IMG/VR virus record: IMGVR_UViG_3300031836_000002
Location: 1 to 64,000 of that record
Direction: 5' to 3' (one strand)
Length of the DNA: 64,000 nucleotides
From: a virus
Lineage: Duplodnaviria > Caudoviricetes
The translations under genes were made by a program, and so were the position numbers. Within the stretch, counting starts at the first letter, position 1. Every line of letters begins with the position of its first letter. The notes beneath the pieces were generated by a model, which was given only the letters and a program-made list of their open reading frames with translations, was not told the origin of the DNA and did not search any database. Positions 24,976 through 33,364 of the stretch are shown piece by piece.

Positions 24976-25618
24976 CTTCCTGTACCTGCGTCTTTCCATC
25001 GAGCGTCGTGAACCGGTACACCTTGTCGGCATAATCGGCAAACTCCGGCTGATGAGTGACCATCACAATCTGAACATTCGTCTTGTCTACGATCTCCCGG
25101 ACAAACTCCCCCAGTGGTGCTAGGTACTCGGCGCTCACGTGAGCGAAAGTCTCATCCAAGATCAGGATGTTCTCCTCCTTGGTACCACCACGCAGAAGCA
25201 TGACTACCAGTCGTAACAAGAACCCAATAGTAGCTGCTAGACCACCTCCACGGGCATCCATCACGGAAGTTTCGATGACAGATTCTGGAAGCGTCGTGCG
25301 GACGATGAAGTCCACGTTGGCTGTCTTCCCACGCACCGACTGGATGATGTGGAAACTCAGGGTGGAATCGAAGATCGTCTGAAGGCCGCGGGTGACCAGA
25401 TCCTCGATCACGGTCTGCGCCTTGAGCTGCTTCTCTTCCCCCAGTGAGTTCAGGAGAACAGTCACACGCTCGTAATCAGAAATGTAATCTGTCAGATCCG
25501 AAATCTCTGCTTGGATCTCCTTGCCGCGAGTCAGGACAGCGCGAGCTTCTCCCGCAAGGCCGTCGAGTTCCCGGCGTCGTCGTTGTGTGCGCGAGGTGAG
25601 TGTATCTAGATCAGTCAT
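24968..25618 (-). CDS. SbcC/Rad50-like ABC ATPase, C-terminal half only
   Basis: Coiled coil, signature-like RGGG, Walker B/D-loop LILDETFAHVS, H-loop MVTH; no Walker A. Confidence 0.8.
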   Translation of the reverse strand: MTDLDTLTSRTQRRRRELDGLAGEARAVLTRGKEIQAEISDLTDYISDYERVTVLLNSLGEEKQLKAQTVIEDLVTRGLQTIFDSTLSFHIIQSVRGKTANVDFIVRTTLPESVIETSVMDARGGGLAATIGFLLRLVVMLLRGGTKEENILILDETFAHVSAEYLAPLGEFVREIVDKTNVQIVMVTHQPEFADYADKVYRFTTLDGKTQVQEDA

Positions 25619-26000
25619 GGAGTGCCTTCTGTCGTTCTTCGAATGTGGGTGAGGCATTGATGTCTTCTGCAATGTAAAGAGCTGCTGTCTCAGTCTGGCT
25701 TCCCGCGTCGGCTATCATCCCCGCCTGAAGGATGGTCAAGATGACACTCTTCAGATCGTGTAGCAAAAGAGCAAGATCCGCGAACCTGTGATCTGGGAAG
25801 GTTGCCACGAATGAGGACATACTGAATCCCATGCTGTCGTCCTCTCCGGAGTCCCTCTGTGCAGCCTCGCCATAGACGTGGTGTCCATTCTTGGAGGTAT
25901 GCAGGAACCAATGCGAACCAGAGTGTGCATTGCTCTCTGCCACAGCATTGGTCAGACGGGTGAGCGCCTGCTGAATTGGGTCTTTGTTTGGAGTGTTCAT
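25611..26000 (-). CDS. Hypothetical protein
   Basis: 129-aa ORF coupled to the downstream gene. Confidence 0.55.
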   Translation of the reverse strand: MNTPNKDPIQQALTRLTNAVAESNAHSGSHWFLHTSKNGHHVYGEAAQRDSGEDDSMGFSMSSFVATFPDHRFADLALLLHDLKSVILTILQAGMIADAGSQTETAALYIAEDINASPTFEERQKALHD

Positions 26001-26430
26001 GTCACACTCTTATACGCCGTGTACCCCGGTATTCACCAACGCAGGTTTCGTGCGTTTGGGTGCTCTCACGCACGTATCAAGAACAAGCTCTTTGATCATG
26101 AAGATTCTGTATTTTCTTGAGGAGAGTGCTCCAGAGCTTTGAGGATGTTGGATAAGACCCCTTACCCCACCCAGAGAGTAAAATTCTCCTGTGGAATTGA
26201 GTCATCATTCGAAAACTTCATCGTTTTCAGTTGATGCTCAGGCCCTTCCAACTCCAGCTCTGAGGCAATCTCTCAAGAAACACTTGAGGTATCGCGACCG
26301 TCGCTCCCCGGCGAGACCCAATGGGCGTCATTATGGGGGATGGAGTGGTTGGAGCTGACAGATGCCAGCGACCCCTACCTTTCGGTGGGGCGACTCTATA
26401 CGACGAGCGCGTCCGAATGCAAGACGGTAT

Positions 26431-26468
26431 GAAAAAGGCCCGCCACAGGGGTCTGTAGGCGGGCCTTC
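26431..26468 (-). terminator. Intrinsic terminator-like hairpin
   Basis: AAGGCCCGCC..GGCGGGCCTT stem followed by TTTTTC on the minus strand. Confidence 0.65.
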
Positions 26469-26625
26469 GTTTAGACATTAGCTTATCTCAGGGTTGTTGT
26501 CCAGTCCTTGTCGGCGTATAAGGACTGAAAGCTCCCTGTGAATCTTTTTACTGTTGAGCTTGCAATTGCAATCCGTCTGTGTAACACTGACGTTAGTTCA
26601 TAAAAATCAACACTAAGGAGACACC

Positions 26626-26967
26626 ATGGCAGAACTTCCCGCAGGAATCACCGAGAAGGAGATCATTCGCTACGGCAAACTCGATCTCGGTATCAAGAAA
26701 CTTCAGCCTGAGCACAAGATGCTCAACGAAAAGATCAAGACCGCTTTCGCAGCCATTGGAACATGGGTCGTGGGAAACGTCGTGATCAAGCGCACCGAAG
26801 CCAACAGCTTCGATGCCAAGGCAGCCGAGAAGAAGTACCCGTTCGATAAGTTCCCGGAGTACTACAAGTTCACCTTCGACCCCACCGAGCTTCCCGCGGA
26901 CATTCGTGGAGAGTTCACTTCCAAGAGCCAACGTCTCTCGGTCACGGTCGCGGAGCTGACCGAATAA
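26626..26967 (+). CDS. Hypothetical protein (113 aa)
   Basis: Strong SD AAGGAGACACC-ATG; palindrome TTGCAATTGCAA upstream. Confidence 0.8.
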   Translation: MAELPAGITEKEIIRYGKLDLGIKKLQPEHKMLNEKIKTAFAAIGTWVVGNVVIKRTEANSFDAKAAEKKYPFDKFPEYYKFTFDPTELPADIRGEFTSKSQRLSVTVAELTE

Positions 26968-27079
26968 CCAAGCATCTCCCCTAACGGGGGGTCGAGCAGT
27001 CCTCACTGATCTGTGTAGACTGCAATTGCAATCCGAAATGGCCAACAGCCATTCAAGGATCTCAACCCGAGGAGGCTCC

Positions 27080-28144
27080 ATGGCATTAGTAGTTCTTGTC
27101 CCCGCACATAATGAGGAGGATCAGATTGAAGAGACTCTGTTCTCTCTTCTGCGCCAGAACCTGTGTCCGGACCGAATCGTCGTAGTGTCGGACAATTCCA
27201 AAGACGCGACGGTTTCTATCGCCACCTCCGTAGCAGGTACACCTGAGGCATTTGGCCGAATCGTGGTGATGGAGACGGTGAGCAACACGCACAAGAAGTC
27301 AGGTGCGCTGAATCAGGCGTGGTTGACGCACGCTCAAGACGCGGACTACGTGTTCACCATGGATGCAGATACGGTGCTGGCTGAGGATTTCTTTGACCGT
27401 GCTGTCCGTCTCATGGATACCAGCGCGGTGGCAGCTGCGTGTGCTTGCCCCATGCTGAAGCCGATGCCTTCGGAACTGGGCTTCTGGGGTCGGATGTTGT
27501 GGCGCATGGGGAAGAATGACTTCGGTGGCTACATGAGGATGCTCTGCCGCTGGAAAATGCGTCCCGAGGTTCTCTTCGGCTATGGCAGCATCTTTCGCCA
27601 GAGTTCCCTCCGTGAGGTAGCAGAACTCCGAGGCATTCCGTGGGATGTGAACTCCATCGTGGAGGACTATCGAATCACCCTCGACCTTCGCGCCATGGGA
27701 CACGAACTGGCAATTATTCCGGGAGCAAACGCTTATACCGACGTTCCTACCACCATGCGAGAACTGTGGAGGCAGCGGATTCGGTGGGCGGGAGGAACGT
27801 GGCAGGAGCTTCGTCGGGAAGGCTTCAATTCACGAACTTGGCGAGTGTGGTTCTCTTCGATGGGGTCTCTTGGTTCCATGACCCTTCGAACGGTTGCAGT
27901 AGGTCTGTGGATCATCGTGTTAGCTCTTGGGCTGCCCATAGCACTGAACCCTATCTGGCTCATCCCCATAGGAGTGGGAATTCTGAATCAGCTCGACATC
28001 ACCAGATACACCCACGGGTCTGATAGAGGGGATCGGCTGCTGGCGCTGACCATCGTGCCTCTTGAGTTGATGTCAATTGTCCGGGAAGCATGGACTTTTG
28101 CTTCCCTCATTGTTGTCGCTAGCAAGCGGCACCTTATTTGGTAG
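27080..28144 (+). CDS. Processive membrane glycosyltransferase family 2 (poly-GlcNAc/cellulose/hyaluronan synthase-like)
   Basis: PAHNEE, DNSKD, K.GALN, MDADT, VEDY, QRIRW (D,DxD,D,QxxRW) plus C-terminal TM helices; SD GGAGG before ATG 27080. Confidence 0.9.
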   Translation: MALVVLVPAHNEEDQIEETLFSLLRQNLCPDRIVVVSDNSKDATVSIATSVAGTPEAFGRIVVMETVSNTHKKSGALNQAWLTHAQDADYVFTMDADTVLAEDFFDRAVRLMDTSAVAAACACPMLKPMPSELGFWGRMLWRMGKNDFGGYMRMLCRWKMRPEVLFGYGSIFRQSSLREVAELRGIPWDVNSIVEDYRITLDLRAMGHELAIIPGANAYTDVPTTMRELWRQRIRWAGGTWQELRREGFNSRTWRVWFSSMGSLGSMTLRTVAVGLWIIVLALGLPIALNPIWLIPIGVGILNQLDITRYTHGSDRGDRLLALTIVPLELMSIVREAWTFASLIVVASKRHLIW

Positions 28145-28158
28145 AAGGGAGGAAACCC

Positions 28159-28374
28159 ATGTACGGAGGAAGAACAACTACGTGTGTTGGAGCAATTGGC
28201 GGAATGTGTGCGCTGCCAGTCACCGGATTCGACGCTCTTTGGTGGATCATCAGCGCATTCGTCTTGGTTATCGTTGGGTTCACGCTGTTTCAGATGGCGC
28301 GGACTCGCCCAGCGATGATGACGGGAACAGTGCGCGGACGCCGCAAGAGCAACTGGTTCACACGAGGCAACTAG
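28159..28374 (+). CDS. Mini-protein consisting mainly of an LPxTG-type sorting signal
   Basis: SD GGAGG; LPVTG followed by a ~20-aa hydrophobic helix and an Arg-rich tail. Confidence 0.65.
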   Translation: MYGGRTTTCVGAIGGMCALPVTGFDALWWIISAFVLVIVGFTLFQMARTRPAMMTGTVRGRRKSNWFTRGN

Positions 28375-28547
28375 AAGGTCCCGTCGTTCAGGCGGGTCTG
28401 GAGGGCATTGATTGTGTTCTTTCCCCTGATGCCTTCCTGCATGCTGCCGAGGTGGCGCTGGCCGCGTTGCTTCTCCTGATCGGCACAGCTGGAGTGGTTG
28501 CAGCTCGTAAGGTTGCAGTACTCTAGAAACAGAAACACCTAGCAAGG

Positions 28548-28587
28548 AAGCCCCTCGGATGAGAATCTGAGGGGCTTTTCTGTGTTT
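28548..28587 (+). terminator. Intrinsic terminator
   Basis: AAGCCCCTCGGAT-GAGA-ATCTGAGGGGCTT followed by TTCTGTGTTT. Confidence 0.8.
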
Positions 28588-29389
28588 CTCATGTACCCCA
28601 TCTGGGGGTATACACAGAGAACCGACTGTCCTCCTATCTGAGGACGCATAAATCAGATAGCATCCATAGTCAAGGAGCAAAATGCAATCTCTTCCCAGTC
28701 CGGCTCCGAAGCACACGTTGGGTGTGAGAGAAGGCGCTTTCGGCATGGATCTGACAGTAGAGAATATGTTCTCCCAGAAGTCTTACGAGATAACCAGACT
28801 CGTAGGTGAAGAGAATCTGCCCCCCACAGACCGTAAGCGACTCACTGAGCACGTTATAGCTCAGGTTGTATCTCAGATACTCTCCCAGCCGGGATCGGAC
28901 CCCTCAGGGCTAGCTGTGACCGTTACGGGTGTCCCCGGACCCCAAGAGGGAACCACACAGCTCCTGATCACCGCTACATCTCCTCGGTATGTGCTAAGTG
29001 ACGAGTTCATAAAGGACATCACCGTTTGATGTTGGTCGTCCTATACATCGGTGCCAGTCTGGCCATTGCGCTCGTCTCTGCCGGGATCCTGTATCGCTGG
29101 CCACCTGTGGACGATTCCGAAGTCATCAGCGCAAAAGAAATGGCCCCGGATCTATTCGACCCAGAGCCATAACCAAATTCTTCTTTTTACACGCAGTCCT
29201 CATCGAGATCCCCACAGCGTCCACAACGTGTGGTGAGCGTGATCTGGTTGAAGTTGCCGTCGTACCAGTGACTCTCTCCTAGGAACTTGGCGAACCGTCC
29301 GCAGCCGGGGCACTTAGCTGTGATCCTTTGCGGAGTAAGAGATGAGGACAAAGGGATAGCTGAGAAGAAGAACTCGGAGGGGAGCACGG

Positions 29390-29722
29390 TTACTCCGCGA
29401 GAAGGTTCTCGATGGTCGCGAGTTTCTCTTCCGCTGAGCTATTCCTCATGTCGAAGACAACCTTGATGGACTTCAGCTTCATGGTCGTGGCATCCCGGTC
29501 TGGGTGGATGGCATCCATGAGAACCACCCGGTCGGTGAAGTAGCGGTAGATCGTGCCAATTGAGCAACCGGCCAGCTTGGCCACCTCAGCGGTGTTGAAG
29601 CGGTCCCGGCCAGCTTCCGTGTAGTGGCGGCGAGAAGCGTCCAGAATCGTCTCCAGACGTGCGTGAGAGCGTGCCTGTGTCGGAGAGTTACGGAGGGATG
29701 GAGCGGGGGCGTTGTTTGTCAT
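29390..29722 (-). CDS. TetR-type HTH regulator (short)
   Basis: PTQARS..R.ETILDA.....G...FNTAEVAKLAGCSIGTIYRYF; only ~40 aa after the HTH. Confidence 0.85.
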   Translation of the reverse strand: MTNNAPAPSLRNSPTQARSHARLETILDASRRHYTEAGRDRFNTAEVAKLAGCSIGTIYRYFTDRVVLMDAIHPDRDATTMKLKSIKVVFDMRNSSAEEKLATIENLLAE

Positions 29723-30352
29723 AGTGACTTTCCTTCGGTCGGTGTTTCTGTTTGGTGTTGTACTAGTGGTCTGTTGGTGATGCACTCGAACGGTCCGTAG
29801 ATGCCATCGTCGTAGGTGTTCACGTTGCAGAAGATACAGCGCTCACCCTCGTAGATGTGAGGATCGACCAGCACATCGTCCGTCTCACCGGGAAGCTTTC
29901 GCTCAGCGTCCTTCTCAAGTCGTAGAGCCAAGACTTTTGAGTTCACTCTGGCAGTCATAGATCCTCCATGGAGCGTTCGGTGATCACATACCAGCTCTCG
30001 AAGGTGTGCCCTTTCGCGGCCAGTGTTCGGAAAGCGTCCAAGACCTTCTCGAAATCCTTCACGAGCTTGGAAGGGTCCCGGCAATTGTCGGACCAGAGGA
30101 CCTTGTTAGATTGCCAGACCTCCGCATGCCAGTTCCATGAAGGCTCTCTGTTGAAAGCATCCGGGATGGCATGGAATCTTCCTCGTACTACGTCACTCAT
30201 GAGTAGTCCTTCAGAGAGATGCGGATGACATCCTTTTTGGTTCTGGATCGGCGCAGCCTACGGTCTTCGTGGGGCTGAGCTGCTGAGGATCGACGGAAGC
30301 CAATCATGGCTTGGTGAAGCTCTTTATTGGCTATGTTGCGGTGTTTGGCCAT

Positions 30353-30409
30353 GGTGGCCTCCTTTCGATGAATTTAGATCAGCTTATCACACAGATTGCA
30401 TTTGACTTA
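30353..30409 (-). promoter_or_regulatory. Palindrome-promoter cassette variant
   Basis: GTCAAATGCAATC-N7-TAAGCT, then SD AAGGAGG before ATG 30352. Confidence 0.6.
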
Positions 30410-31654
30410 GCTGAAAAATTCTCCACGCATCTGCTGAACAATTCCAGAGAAGCCCAGAGCTGTGTCTTCGATGAAGAGAGGATTCTTGACCGACTTGGTG
30501 TCTTCTCCGAGTCGGAAGATTGCGTCGTCTTGGTTGTAGGACGTTAGGAGGTCGGAGAGATACCGGTGATTCACACAGACCTCCCGTGGCTTCGAGGATC
30601 CAATCCACCGGCACTCCATCAGCTCCTGTGCTGAGTTGCCAATCCGGTCACGAGCGCGCACCGCGAGACTCCACATGAGGGTCCCCTCGGTGTCCTTCTG
30701 GCCGGGAACGAGCACGAGGTAGATTCCGGAGTAGTCAGGATCTGCATTGACGCGGACGCGCTTGACCACCTCAGCGAGCTGGTTGGAATCCACACCGAGA
30801 CTGTTCTGGTTCGAGAAGGCCGGTCCCAACAGAAGAGGATCGACATCAGGGAAGGGAATCAAGAGACGCTGAGCAATGAGAGAGTCTTGGTCGATTTGAA
30901 AAACGAGATGGTAATCGCTCGCTCCTAGCTCGATCTTCTCGGCGTCACTGGCGCGGAGCGCACTCATTAGCTCGTCCATCACTCGTACAGGGATGGCGAA
31001 GTCGAGTTCGTCTGTCAGACCATCTACACGCTGTCGGTGCACGCGGCCACCATCGGCAGCCGTAATCGCCCCGTCGCGGACTTGGGCCTGCATTAGGGCC
31101 GGACGTGCAGCAGTTCCCGCTACGGCCTTCCTAGCCACCTCTAGGCCACGGAGGAGAGGCTTTCTGCCCACAGAGTGCAGCTCGATATCAGAGATGTCCG
31201 GCGTCGGTGGCAAGGAGTCTCCTGTGGGAGTCTGCACGGTCCACTGTGCGCGTCCGGAGCGGAGGGTGGCGGAGTTGCCTAGTACCTCCAGCTTCACGCT
31301 GTCGGTGGGAGTCCTCTTCAGGATCTCCAAAATCTTCTGGGCAGGGACTAGTACGGCTCCCGCCATGGCCACCTTGATGCCCTCCACCACGACAGAGATA
31401 GTTTGCTCTCCATCAGTGGCAGAGATCTTGACGTAGGAGGTGGCAGAGGAGTCCGCGGCGAACCCCTCGATGAGGGAGTATCCCGTTCCCGGAATGATCT
31501 CCTTCTTCGGAGAAACGCTCGCGGCGCGCTCGAATAGCTCGATGAAGCGCGCAACAGGCCCACGTAGGCTCAGTCGTGCATCGACAGGGAGTATCTCAGG
31601 AACGTACTCTGGATCCTCGTGCTCTAGCTCAGCTAGTTCTTCGAGAAGACTCAC
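30407..31654 (-). CDS. dnaN: DNA polymerase III beta sliding clamp-like protein
   Basis: ISATDGE, AGAVLVPAQKI.EI, RPAL, AADGGR, IP.R...EL, RLL..FPD; ~415 aa; start revised to GTG 31654. Confidence 0.82.
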   Translation of the reverse strand: MSLLEELAELEHEDPEYVPEILPVDARLSLRGPVARFIELFERAASVSPKKEIIPGTGYSLIEGFAADSSATSYVKISATDGEQTISVVVEGIKVAMAGAVLVPAQKILEILKRTPTDSVKLEVLGNSATLRSGRAQWTVQTPTGDSLPPTPDISDIELHSVGRKPLLRGLEVARKAVAGTAARPALMQAQVRDGAITAADGGRVHRQRVDGLTDELDFAIPVRVMDELMSALRASDAEKIELGASDYHLVFQIDQDSLIAQRLLIPFPDVDPLLLGPAFSNQNSLGVDSNQLAEVVKRVRVNADPDYSGIYLVLVPGQKDTEGTLMWSLAVRARDRIGNSAQELMECRWIGSSKPREVCVNHRYLSDLLTSYNQDDAIFRLGEDTKSVKNPLFIEDTALGFSGIVQQMRGEFFS

Positions 31655-31832
31655 TTCTTGGCTCCTAGAGCTTTCATGGTTCGGCAGGGCACTACTTGAT
31701 TGCACTCAACGCAGTAGGTGACAATCTCGGTGCGAATGACGATCCCACTCTCGTAGATCTTTCGAGTCCCCAGATTGGGCCTATGGACTCTGCGAAGAGC
31801 TTCGAGCTGCTTGGCAGTGGGGTTCTCGACAC

Positions 31833-32078
31833 TCAAGCCCCTGCTTCTTCCAACTCACGTTCGACAGTGGCCACAGCTTCGACAAGAGCCTCTTCCAGCT
31901 CCTTGAGCTTGGCCTTGGCTTCGTCGTTGGTCACCACCCCAAAATCTTGTTTCAGAGCAGCCTTGGCCGCGTCGCGCTTTTCCGTGGCATTGTCCAGCTC
32001 GACCTGCGAGCGAGCCACCTTGCTTTGTACCTGAGAGATCCGTGTTTGGATCGCTCGAAGCTTGTCATCTAGTTCCAT
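31833..32078 (-). CDS. Small coiled-coil protein
   Basis: 81 aa with heptad pattern; possibly part of the split SbcC complex. Confidence 0.6.
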   Translation of the reverse strand: MELDDKLRAIQTRISQVQSKVARSQVELDNATEKRDAAKAALKQDFGVVTNDEAKAKLKELEEALVEAVATVERELEEAGA

Positions 32079-32090
32079 TGAAAAATCCTC

Positions 32091-32942
32091 CTATATTAGA
32101 GTGATACGCCGACTCCCTGACGATTTGACAGGGGTGAATCGAGAACATGCGTGTTTGACCTCGCAGTACGTGCATTCTGAGGTGTCGGCGCGGGGCGTCC
32201 GATCCTCTGTCCATACGTCGTTGGCCATCCCAGCCACTCTCTGCATGAGCTGGCTCCGGAACTCTCCGCTTGTGGGGATGCGCTTCACCATGGGGGTGGC
32301 CAGCGGCTGGAGGAGACCTGACATCACGGTAGGCTTCCCGAACATGATTTCCACAGCGAGGTCGTAAACTCCGATCTGCCCTGCCGTCTTCTTGTAGTAC
32401 TCATTGTTTCTGGTGTGCTTCACGTCCCAGACCCAGTAACGGTCCAGATCGTCCTGCACGATGATGTCCATGTAGCCATTGATAACCACCAGCTCGGTGC
32501 CACCAGCGGGGTGCGAGACCTTGATGGGTGCCTTGAATCGGAAGTCTGCTTGGTACCGGAAAGGCACGACGTATTTCAGGAGAGCAGGCTCAATTTTGGA
32601 AACAGCTTCTCGGCATTCTTTCTCCACCTGATCGCGGTCGCTCTTGTCCTTCCAGAGCATGGTGTCGCCCTTTTCGAGGATGGCATCCCGCTCGCGCTCG
32701 ATGATCGAGGACACCATGTCAGGCATCCCACCCACGTTCTCGGCTGGTTCATTGCGGAGCCAGTCTCGAACTACTCGGTCGGTCACTGTGCCGGGAAAGA
32801 AGATTCTCGTATTGGCCATCGGTGCGGACTTCTTCTCGCGCTTCAGGTAGCCCTTCTGCTTGCACTCTTCGTGTGTTCGCAAGGCAGACCAGCTTATGTA
32901 TAAAGTCACTCGACCACATTCCTTGCATTTTTGGGAAGCCAT
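32091..32942 (-). CDS. Cas4/RecB-like PD-(D/E)xK exonuclease
   Basis: ISWS.L...EEC, GYMDII, DVKH, QIGVY, C-terminal CTYC....AC Fe-S cysteines. Confidence 0.85.
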   Translation of the reverse strand: MASQKCKECGRVTLYISWSALRTHEECKQKGYLKREKKSAPMANTRIFFPGTVTDRVVRDWLRNEPAENVGGMPDMVSSIIERERDAILEKGDTMLWKDKSDRDQVEKECREAVSKIEPALLKYVVPFRYQADFRFKAPIKVSHPAGGTELVVINGYMDIIVQDDLDRYWVWDVKHTRNNEYYKKTAGQIGVYDLAVEIMFGKPTVMSGLLQPLATPMVKRIPTSGEFRSQLMQRVAGMANDVWTEDRTPRADTSECTYCEVKHACSRFTPVKSSGSRRITLI

Positions 32943-32971
32943 CAGGTTACGGTAGTTCCCGTTTCAGTATG

Positions 32972-33364
32972 TCAGCGAGGTGTGGCAGAGAGGATGTTCG
33001 GGAACAGCGACAGAAAACCGTTGCGCCAGCCCACGACATCGAAGTTGTATGTGTCACCAATCTCGATCTGGCTATATGTGTCGGAGGCGTTGAAAGCCCC
33101 CAAGAGCCACTCGTCACCAACCTTGAAGGTGCCGCAGTCTTCCGTGTAGACCCGGTGGTCGGAAACACCTTCGGCGGTCGTGGTGCGGTCTTTGTCAGTC
33201 ACGGTGCACGTGACACTAGTCTGGGTGGTGAAGTAGAGAACCGCAGTTCCCACGATTCCCAGAACGACAACACTTCCGAGAAGCCATCCTCCTAGGATGC
33301 CCCAGTAAGGTTCGCTCCTGTTTTGATTTCTTATCATCAGCTGTCTCCGTGTTTCAGTGACCAA
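32972..33364 (-). CDS. Membrane-anchored hypothetical protein
   Basis: N-terminal TM helix, then CTVTDKDR...VYTEDCGTF...GWR pattern. Confidence 0.65.
   Translation of the reverse strand: MVTETRRQLMIRNQNRSEPYWGILGGWLLGSVVVLGIVGTAVLYFTTQTSVTCTVTDKDRTTTAEGVSDHRVYTEDCGTFKVGDEWLLGAFNASDTYSQIEIGDTYNFDVVGWRNGFLSLFPNILSATPR

Noticed and set aside
26227-26478. 83-aa ORF in the divergent intergenic region
   Set aside because: No SD, runs through a terminator-like hairpin, atypical composition.
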